A stretch of DNA of 63,559 nt, filler included, from Choristocarpus tenellus KU-1152 (lineage: Eukaryota > Protista > Phaeophyceae), in NCBI GenBank assembly GCA_964200185.2. It is 9 parts of 9 records of this genome, joined end to end, with 100 filler letters (N's around TTAATTAATTAA, not from the genome) between each part and the next. Parts side by side here need not be neighbours in the genome. Positions count along the whole stretch, not along the records: positions 32,274 to 55,537 come from CAXNAD020000256.1; positions 55,638 to 60,802 come from CAXNAD020011645.1; positions 60,903 to 63,559 come from CAXNAD020025898.1; 6 more parts are not named here. One strand, written 5' to 3'. A model generated the notes under the pieces. That model worked only from the letters and a program-made list of their open reading frames with translations. It was not told the origin of the DNA and searched no databases. This document shows positions 53,809 to 63,559 of the stretch, in pieces. Within the stretch, counting starts at the first letter, position 1. Every line of letters begins with the position of its first letter. The translations under genes and the position numbers were made by a program.

Positions 53809-54614
53809 GTGAGTAGGTAGAGTTGGGTTTGTTGTGGTAGGGCGTGATGGGGTGAAGGACGCAAAGATTGGGGGGGTGAGGGTGAGGAGTAGGGATTATG
53901 GAGAATGGAGGAGCTGGTCAATATGCCTATCTTGTAGCTTCTTATTAAGCTTATCGTTCGCAAATATGGAACCCCAACTTATCTCCCCCTCTCTCCCTCA
54001 AAGATGATGAGTACAAGGATGGCTAGCTATTGAACTACAATAATGACTAAACTTGATCGTAGTGTCAATATTGTTTTGTTTCCATTTGGACAGTTTAGCG
54101 TTTTCTTTTGAGGTGATTGAGTGTGTGGGGTGAAGATTACCTCATCAAGGCAATATTTCCTCATTTTTGTGTTCATGCTTTACTTAGTCTTGACATGTTT
54201 GGACCTTGGAGTAACAATAGTAGTCTGGACAATGTTGCAAAATACTGGTCTTACCACAATCCATTTTCTGAACCCATCCCTGTGGTTTAGTTGTGCCTTA
54301 AATTGAACCTCTCTAACCCAGCTCTCAGTTCTATAACAAGAGAAATTAGTCCTGACTCATGGGTTGGTTTGAGAAGGGTTAGGTATTGGATGGCAGTCGG
54401 ATTATCAAACATGTGCAGGAGTAAGAGTCCTATGTTGCGCAGTATTACTGAAGGAGTTGATGGTAGGTTCAGGTTACCTCGTGTTTGGACAACGTTTGTG
54501 TATATAGTTGGATATGAGGGCAAAGAGGTATGCTACCACGATTTGATAGACGTGGTGCCATGTACCGGGCTGGTTTGCTCCCCAAAGAACTGCCCCTAAT
54601 TTGCTTGACACCTA

Positions 54615-54874
54615 GAGTGAAAGTATCTTAGAGAGTATGAGTTTTTCCCCTTTTGTCCATTTTGAGGCTTGGCTTCCCACGGGTTTTTAATGACATTTTA
54701 CCTACTCCAAAATATTTCGGAGTAGGTAAAATGTATACGTTATGAAACATTGTGTCCACAACAAGGATATTGACATCTCCTAACAAACACGATAGCCAAA
54801 ATTACATCAAAATTGCAACATTGTAATTTGGTCCCCAAATGGACGTGGCTCTACCCTCTAAGATACTTTCGCTC
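54615..54874. mobile_element. MITE, family A
   Basis: GAGTGAAAGTATCTTAGAGAGTA...TACCCTCTAAGATACTTTCGCTC; CTA on both flanks. Confidence 0.9.
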
Positions 54875-55469
54875 CTACAGTGATGATAGGGGTCAACACA
54901 TTATTTGAGGTCCTGCAGGGCACTCATTCATTACCTGTCTACAACATATTTGTGCCCTTGTTATCTCACGGTCTGAAGCTAAGACTCAGAGTCCCCAACA
55001 CTTGGAATTCGATTAAGATCCTTGCTCGCAAACACAAACCTTGTCTGTGCCCACTATAGCGTCTCCAGCGGGACCTCCCATTGACACACAAGTGGATGTA
55101 GTTGTATTGCATTGACTTTTCGGGTGGAGTTCTCTTTGATGCCCTGTATGGATAGCATATATCAAGTACCTCAATGTTCTGCATGCATGTCAACACAGCT
55201 GTAACTCATCAATAGCCTCTGGAATCCAAAGATCAATGAGTTATGGTTGATATGTTGAAACAGTGGAGACCAAAATTGGGACCTTGGCAGAAGAGAACTT
55301 GATAGGAGATGCTATATCAATTATTCTCTTCCATGTACTACGTAGTATCTACACTGAGGAACCAGATTAGCCAGCATATGTGGTCCCTATCGCTAGATGC
55401 AAAGTTCAAGTTCTGAACGTGAAGTTGTGCCACTGATGATCTGGCAAATTCTGAATTAAGAAGCATTTA

Positions 55470-55537
55470 GTGTCAAAGTATCTGGGGGGGGGTGTCGGCG
55501 TCCGTTTTTCACCCTTTTTTCGATTTTCACTTTTTTG
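55470..55537. mobile_element. MITE end (family C), reverse complement of ~25797-25864
   Basis: GTGTCAAAGTATCTGGGGGGGG...GCGTCCGTTTTTCACCCTTTTTTCGATTTTCACTTTT matches the 25.8-kb copy; contig breaks inside it. Confidence 0.8.
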
Positions 55538-56031
55538 NNNNNNNNNNNNNNNNNNNNNNNNNNNNNNNNNNNNNNNNNNNNTTAATTAATTAANNNNNNN
55601 NNNNNNNNNNNNNNNNNNNNNNNNNNNNNNNNNNNNNGGATAGGTTAAATCTGGAGGGGCAAAAAAAATAACATCTGTTTCTGGGTTAGTCCACAAAACA
55701 GCAGCGGCGGAATTCCCCCCCCCCCCCCCCCCAGATACTTTGGGTCATTATGTAAGGTGTGTTGATGATCTTGAGATGCAAGGTAGAGGTGATGTACTAG
55801 AAAAGGTTGTTAAGCAACTAACCACTTCCTGAACAAAAAAAAATGCAATTGGTGCCAAAATAAATGTGATGCAGTTTGATGCCTCTCAATCATACCATAC
55901 AGTACCATTTTCATTAAGCAGAAGTGTGACTCATTTCAGCTGCCCTCTAAGATACTTTGGCTCATTCAGCTGTTCCTAGAAGACTAGTTAGAGAGCCCAA
56001 CATCCTACAAAAATCAACATCCTACAAAAAC

Positions 56032-56231
56032 CTGGAGAAGGTGTAGGAGCCACTACAGATGGTGTTGTCACTGGGGTAGGAGCAGGAGGCACTGGGGCAG
56101 GAGTCACGGTAGGGGGTGTTGGGGCACCCTGGGGCGTACTAACAATGGCGCCATCCGTGATGGCGAGATAGTACGTCTTGTCAGTGCCATTATATTTCGG
56201 TCCTCCCACCAGCAACGCTAGATACATCCAC
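56032..56231 (-). CDS. Exon of a Pro/Thr-rich, probably extracellular protein
   Basis: WMYLALLVGGPKYNGTDKTYYLAITDGAIVSTPQGAPTPPTVTPAPVPPAPTPVTTPSVVAPTPSP between an AG acceptor and a GT donor; TPAP linkers are typical of stramenopile surface proteins. Confidence 0.5.
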
Positions 56232-57899
56232 CTCGAAATGTTGAGAAGGAATAAACAGGGGAAAAATCGTTTTTGACAACTGTAGACGTAATCGCATGCG
56301 AATGGAGCAATAGAAAGGGAAGTTTACTAAAATACAAAATAGGGATTCTTGTTTGAGCAAGGACAAAAAAAATGATATATTGAAGATATAAAAATGGATG
56401 AACAAATGTAGAGCACTGGCGTCCTAACTGAGAGTTCAGAGTATATATTATGTGTCTTAATTATCCTCACTCTATATCTATGCAATGTCTACTAAGTGTG
56501 AGATAGTATGTGTTGCAAGGGTAGTTTTTCAGATAGTGGACTCAAAACAGAGAAGTGCGCTATGACAATACCAAACAAGATGAAGGGTAAGTTCAATCAA
56601 GGAACCACTATATGATAATTTCAGTTTCCTCACAACTATTGGTAAGACGTTGTTCAAGTCCAGTCAAGTTCGTTGTTTTTAGTCTATTAGCCCATTTCTC
56701 AGAACGAAGTGAGATGAACTTGTCCGTGAGGGCAATCTTTACCTAAACTTCATTTTCATTAATTCGTTGGCAATTATTTATTTTTCCCTTAACTCTCAAA
56801 CACTCCGCATTTTATACACGCAACTTTATCTTTTTCGTATGTTTTTTCTTCCCACCTCTTACTCCTTGTATAGACTTCACAAAAAAAACTAGAAACAGAA
56901 AACCAAATTCACCACTCACTATCACACAAAGTGTCAATGGCCCAAAACGCAAACGACTGTTTGGCATTGGCGATCTCCAAATTTGATAATGGTGACGCTT
57001 ACGCTTTGTATGCTCAAAATCTCAGAGGGCATTTCTCACCGTCATTGTGCTGGGAACAGTGAGTGAAATATATCCGCTTGTTCCTCAAGCCACAACAAGC
57101 CGCACACTCGGTACACCACGCCTGCAAAGGGTGATTACATGTGGCAAAGTCGGTAAACAGCTGAATATGGATGAGCAAAGCATATCAGCAGTGGTTGCTA
57201 AATCTTCTCAATGCACCAGGTAACTAAGTCGATTCTAGGCTGTCCAACACGTGACTGTCTGCCCCAATGGGTGTTAAAACATAGGCTACTCATCTTTTGT
57301 GTTCTTTATACGATACAACATTCCCAGTTCATACTGACTGCTAATTCACACATCGGTACTGGTCGTTACTTCCTTTCACATCATGTATCTCATCATATCA
57401 TCATCAATTACTGCTAGAACATCACGGCAAATAGGAAACATGGAACAGTTGCCACCTATCAAATATACAAGCATAGTATGTGCCCTATGAGTTATCACAG
57501 ATTTTATTTCAACTTTGATTTTCTACTTCCTTTCCTTCACGTCGGAAATCACCAGTTGTATATTATATGTTGATCTTTTTTCTCTGGTTGGCATTGCCCC
57601 TACTTAAGACATCAAGTTCACTCTGATTTAACTATACCTGACACATAAATGGATATCATATATTCAGAGTTAGAACAACCTCAAAAACCGTTCTTCGCAC
57701 CGTGTGGCAAGCCTTTACTCAGAGCATGCATATCTTCCTGTGAGCGTCTCAAGGAATACCCACAACTTTGTATCAAACAACCTCTGACTGTGCACAGCAT
57801 GTCACGAGGTTCATCAGAACGAATTCACCAGTGCTTCACTCGCCCCTTCCCTACAAACCTGTCACCACACAAGAAAAGCATGATCTATTAAATCTCGGG

Positions 57900-59960
57900 T
57901 TTCAACAGGTTATGAGCCTCACACGATTCCCCTTCGCTCAACAGTGGGAACAGTGGTATCTCAACGTTTGACAAATTCGGAGGTCGTGGGACCAAATCTC
58001 GGCTGGACCGCTTTCCCGACTCCGTACGGCGTGAGGATAAACAGATGGGGAACAGTGGCATCTCAATATTTGACACATGCATAACTGGATGGTGCAGGAT
58101 AATAAACTGAGAGTCAAACGGCTGCCAAAACATTGGAAATGACGACTGAAACACCAGGCCGAGGAGATGCGAGTCTATAAACTATATCTGAGGATGCAAT
58201 TTCGTCCTGCAATGATCCTCACCCTTGCCAACTTTGCAACACCCTGCAACGCCACGAGTACGTCCTCATGCAACACACAATGACATTTATGGCACTATTT
58301 GCCAACCGTTCACTAATCTACAGAAAGCGAAGCATAGAATCATCGTAGGATCCTGGACAAACCACTGCTTTGAAGTGAAACACAACATAAAAATAACTTG
58401 CCTGTAGCATCCTTCTCAGCCTTGAGTAAAGGCGCTGAATTATCCAATGCCTCATGGAGATTGAGGTTCCATACACAGGACAAAACATGTAAGTGGGCAG
58501 CATATAGGATAAGGTCATAGAAGAAGTGGTAGATGAAGGTTGCCTTTTTCCAGTTCATCCTTTGAATAGAGAACTTTGAGCGAACCAATAAAGGGGATAG
58601 AATCAATGCCCACATCACCAATCTAAGATCTTACCACCACAGCACTAACCCCATGAATATCATTTTCAACATTTGTTGTCTTAGAATTTCAAAAAGTGAC
58701 GGAAATTTGGCCACATTGCTGTCTAAGATCCTGCTGACGGTAGCCCACGTTAGTCAAGGCGATTTAAAGCCTTCAAGCCTTGCATAAAGATTGTACAGTA
58801 AGAAACCAGGACACTTTGAATACTTCAATCATGTGTACGATCCAACAGCAGAGGATATTGCTCGTATGGTAGTCTCAAGTAAGAACATATGTTACAGACG
58901 AATAGCGCGAGCATTTCTTCCCATGTTTTGGCAAACACGAACATTTGTGACAGACGTATAAGTGCGAATATTGTTTCCCGCGTTCTAATAAGTGCGAACA
59001 ATATACGATAATAGTAACACAATAGGTAGCTAAACAGAATAAATGATGATTTCATAGAAGATACAGAGTAAGATTTGGAATGCATACGTAACATTTGTCA
59101 AAGTCGCAAAGAAGTTGCAGACTAAAGGTTAATGGTTGGAGTACGTGTAGAGCAGTTGCATAGAAGACCAAAGAAATTGGTCTGGATAATGAAAATAGTA
59201 AGATGACTTTTGGTCACACCAACACCCCTTTTGCCCCCAGTCCTTACTTTATATCTTGAACGAAACTTTGAGTCGAGCTTTGACCTAAGCACTGAGTGGA
59301 ATATCTAGAGAGAAGGACACCTGACACCCTACAAACTGTTATCAAGGGCAACGTCTCCATAGCGTCGTTTTAGGTCGTTGGATTTGAGTTGCATATCCTG
59401 TGGAGGTGAGTTCTGAGGGGCACGCTGTAACATGGAGGTCCTTCCGAGACTCCCACGCTGTAACATGGAGATCCTACCGCCTCTCTTCAAACTGGAGAGA
59501 ATACTTGGTATTCACCTCAACACTTAGGATTCTTTGTAGCTTCCTACTTCCGCCTGGATTCTTTTCTTTTCCCACTTGGGTTTGTGATCTTCATGCGGTG
59601 TTTGTCGGGTTTTTGTCTTAGAGCCTCCTCATCTCCATGGGTGCGATGGCATTTGTGACTCCGAGGGAACCATCATCCTTCATTGTTGTACAATGAGTGG
59701 TCTCTGACCGCCATATCATCCACCTGTAGTCGTAAACGAGTGGTTTTTTACCATCATGGTATGGACGTAGCCTAGGTAGTTTTTCCTCGCCATCTGTACA
59801 CTCACATTCCCGATCTGTTTTTCGTGCATCACACTGTTCTTTTATTTCACAGGTTCCGCTGGGAATCAGTGAGTGGGAGATGTTCCTGCTCAAGGCCAGA
59901 CTTTGCGTGAACTCTTGCAGCAGTAGTGACGGCTCAGCGTGTTTATGCATTGCGTCCACG
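57900..59960 (-). mobile_element. Decayed repeat, possibly a tyrosine-recombinase (DIRS/Ngaro-like) retroelement
   Basis: Second copy at ~26940-27430; broken frame YSKDELEKGNLHLPLLL*PYPICCPLTCF resembles the YR SKtD..g.g...lp......CPv motif; 28-bp direct repeat at ~57946/58048. Confidence 0.3.
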
Positions 59961-60918
59961 TATCAATAACTTCACCCATTTCCACATCGAGCTCGTCGAG
60001 AACTCTTGTCTGACTTTCTTAGGACACACAGCGGTCCTTTCAGTTGCTTCGTCTGCAATCGACATCCCACGCATTAAAGGAAAGCTCTTACAGGTCCGTT
60101 GAGACGAAGTTACAGTAACTGGGTGGGTTCATATTTCGGTGAGAGAATGCACCCTTTTTGGATGGCCAGCCAAAAATCGTGGTAAAGGTGGCCATGTGTT
60201 TTTTTTTTTTAATGAAGAGAGAGAAAGGTGTGACACGGAAGGCTGCGGCCATAGCCTAGTTTTCCACTATCGAGCGTATACGGTAGACTTGCGGATGCCT
60301 CATATATGCAAAGCTCGTTTGGGGGGGAATGTGTAGGTGAAGATCAACTCATTGTGTACCAACCCGTATCAAATTATCCTCTCTTCTCTATTATAGTATA
60401 TATTGTATTTTTTCTTTACAGATTAGAAGCCAAATTCATGTGAAAAGCATGTTTGTCGGTTATTATACCGTTATTTCCGTATGCCATATACCGTTATACC
60501 GTGGTACTGGTTGAGGTTCCCAGTCAAGAGTCCATGATTTCACTGACAGACTATTCTGTAAGAATGAAACCATGGAAGTCCTCATGTGACCAATTAATTC
60601 CACGGACTTGGTTCAGCTCGTATTCGAGTTGTCACACATGGAACTTCCACTTTGTTCTCAAGTCTTGACTGATGATGAAGCCCCACCTTTCATGGTGCTC
60701 ATCACTCCTAAATTTACACTTGACCAACCTTATACCTCGTACCCTCGGTCACGATTCGTCCTTGTTTGTGTGGTCCGTCTTGCCCGGTGATTCTCTTCGC
60801 CANNNNNNNNNNNNNNNNNNNNNNNNNNNNNNNNNNNNNNNNNNNNTTAATTAATTAANNNNNNNNNNNNNNNNNNNNNNNNNNNNNNNNNNNNNNNNNN
60901 NNGGGGGGAGGGGGGCGG

Positions 60919-63524
60919 ATGTGGGAAGGGGGTACTCGGGGGGGGGGTTTGAAATATACTAGTGATGGGCAGGGGGGAGGGGGAGGGGTGAAAAGGGTGA
61001 AGAAAGTGCAACTTCTGGACGTGAGTAGGGGCAACAATGTGGCGATTGGACTCAAGGCCTTGCGGACTATTGGCAGCCCGGAGGAGTTGGCGGGACTGAT
61101 TGAGGGACTGGACCCAGAGGGTGAGAGAGAGACGAGCATGTGATATTTGTTGGATTTGTATATGTTGCTCCTGTGATTGTTGTTGGTTGGTGCAAGGTTG
61201 AGAGTATTTTGTGTAGTGCTTGTGTACTGTATCTTCATGTTCTGTAACGCTGTGCATACAATCTTGAAAGTACATATTTATTGGGGGGGGAGGGGGGGGG
61301 GTGGGTGGGTACTTGATGGTCCTAGAGTTTTGATTCAAAAAGACTAAGGACGCTTGGATTGTTTGAATTTTGGGGGTTAGCTTTTTTTTTGCAAATTTTG
61401 GTTGAAGGGTGTCTAAACCTGTAAGCTCAGAAAAGATTTGATGATGGTTTGAAAGATGAAGTCGTTTTTTGTTTTTGTTTTTGGGAGAGGTGAGATCCTC
61501 AAGGGTTGAAGTACAGTGTGACCGATGATATGCAAGCTTGAAGCAATAGCAAGTATTTCGTTGATATTTTACTTCTTATTTTTACTTTGGGTTAATTGTT
61601 GCTGTTGGAGTTGGCGTTGGAAACTTTTGTCCACCTCTGTGTCTGCACAAATCGAGAGTGTGATGGGAGACTTTCTTATCGGGGTGCCTCAAGCCTGTAT
61701 GATGTGAATGTACCAAGTCCTTCTGCTTGGCCCTTGTGCAAAGTTTGCTCTGTGCTCACGCAAGTCTGTCTGTGCTTTGTCAAAGACAGAGATGTGTAGG
61801 GCCTTTCTCCTCGATCCTTAAACCACAGTTGTTTTCTTCCTTCAAGTGTTAGCTTCATCTAAGACCAGTGAGCATGTGTGCAAGATCTTTCTGCTTGATC
61901 CTTACACACACCACAGTTACCTTCTCCTCACAGGGCTGTGCGTCGTTGAAAACATGAGAGCAAACATACATAGTGTAAGGATGGAGCAGAAAAGATGTTT
62001 CTCTTAAGTAACTTGAGGGTGATTGATCTATTCATATTGATGTTCCAGACAATTTTATTATTTATTGTTCTTAATTTTTATTTTTTTTCCACGTACTATA
62101 ACGGCGTCTGGGTGTACGGACGGCTCCATGAGCTGAGGTGTCGTGTTGTGTAGCGAGTATTCAAGAGCTGAGAAGTTGCAAGAATCGAGCGGATGAGATA
62201 CTCCACAAAATTACATCGGCTGTTCAGGCAACCCTCCTCCTCTTCTTTGCCCGTAAACATTTCACAGTTCGAAACCTATTGGCGACAATATCCAATCGTG
62301 ATGGTTAAGGATGGTCAATGCCGAACCCACTCCACGAGTCTTCACTTTAGTGGTCTGTTGCATGCCGGAGTCCCTATTCTTGACGTCTAGTGTGTGTGCA
62401 CTTTGCCGTAATCAACGCCTGCCTACATATGTGACACACATGACATTGAGCTTGAGACAGGTGTAAAAGAGACCGTGGCAAAGTTTGGAGGTGTCTCAAA
62501 TTTTGGAACGGTTTAACTTCACCAGCAAGCCATGGTTGGATACTATAATATAAATTTGTTGTCTTCCATGCAAGTCATCAAATATCCCTCATTTTTATGG
62601 AACTCCCTCTCATCGCCGGGATTGTTTGATCAAATTTTGAACCTTGTCCATGGTTGTGTCCACAATACCAATCTCTTCCAGGAGTTGGCTATCGTCTGGT
62701 TGGGGGGATGATGGGGTATTTACTCATGGTTGGTGTTCATGCTCTATGTCTCAGTGCTTGATGTGTTGTTGGGATCAAAGGCAACTCTTGAGGATTCTAT
62801 TGCATGAGTCGGTTGTTAATAAAACAAGGCATTATTGATAATTGTACATGTGGAAATAGAAGAAAAAAAATATTTCTGCTCAGTTTGAGGCATCTGATGT
62901 GTTATTAGATTGACTCATTAGAATAGGGTTGTATAGTCTTAAACTGATTGAGTTGAGCCAACTCAGTCACAATATCCATGCATTGCACTAATGTAGCAGT
63001 AAGATAGATGTCTAAGTTCACTCCACTCCCATCAATCCACTTTTTTCAAGGTAGCATTCCCTTGGCCTCTGGTCATGTCTACTCCCTTTCTGTACCACCT
63101 CTAACCTCCTCACCTCCCTCCTCACCTCCCTCAACACTTCGAAAGTCTTACCACCTTTCACCAATCCCTTCTACCACCACTATTTTCTCCTTAAACCTTG
63201 CTACAGACATGCTCTCGGCAGAGGATTTACAGAGACTAGAGGTGTGTCTTCCTACCTCTCCAGAGATGGAGATGGTGCTGGCATTTCAAGGGTCGCCTGA
63301 AACATTGGGAACAGCAGAGAGCTTTTTCTGGGCCCTTGGGAACACACCAAGGCCACTTGCCAAGGTAAGGGTGATGCTCTTCATGCAACAGTTCAAGTCC
63401 AACAGCGAGGTTCTGGCGGGACGGTTGGAAGCCTTAGAGAAGGCGTGCAGCGAGGCGACTGAGAGCCAGCGGCTGGCGGGTGTGCTGGAAAGGGTCTTGC
63501 GCATTGGGAATGTGCTCAATCAGG
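60919..63524 (+). CDS. Formin, FH2 domain, internal exons (..61120; 63207-63524); incomplete at both ends
   Basis: KKVQLLDVSRGNNVAIGLK (LLD.kR..N.aI.L), LPTSPE, LGTAESFF, ACSEATESQRLAGVLERVLRIGNVLNQG (GN.lN motif); phase-1 GT-AG intron joins PE|DML. Confidence 0.92.
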
Positions 63525-63559
63525 GTAAGTGGCAGTGGTTGAAATAGGGACCTTTTGGG

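Noticed and set aside
54100-54560. Copia RNase H relic (DNPTAI, TPRSKHV)
   Set aside because: The motifs are weak and wrongly spaced; insufficient support.
3034-60902. Recurring TTAATTAATTAA palindrome as a biological repeat or CRISPR-like array
   Set aside because: Always centred in exactly 44+44 N; an artificial six-frame-stop linker.
1-63559. A functional cluster of kinase + EsV-1-7 + SDR + formin
   Set aside because: These genes lie on different concatenated contigs; adjacency is an artefact.

Overview
This is intron-rich, AT-leaning eukaryotic genomic DNA. EsV-1-7 repeats and Ectocarpus-like retroelements suggest a brown alga or related stramenopile (inference). The window is not one locus: nine contigs are joined by eight artificial 100-bp linkers (44 N + TTAATTAATTAA + 44 N), so gene neighbourhood across linkers has no biological meaning. 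Most short ORFs in the track are noise. I rebuilt spliced genes by hand using GT-AG sites and exon-phase continuity. They are: the 5' part of a CaMK-like kinase; a ~816-aa protein with four EsV-1-7 Cys/His repeats; a complete 7-exon SDR with a single in-frame TAG at a conserved Glu; a multi-exon orphan coiled-coil gene; and two exons of an FH2 formin. The rest is decayed transposons (two mariner-like DD39D-type, an RTE-like LINE, possible CRE/R2-like, pogo-like and DIRS-like relics) plus a prolific MITE group sharing one TIR core with 3- or 4-bp flanking duplications. I see no convincing novel multi-gene system. The best leads are the stop-containing but otherwise pristine SDR, the EsV-1-7 gene architecture and the MITE group.
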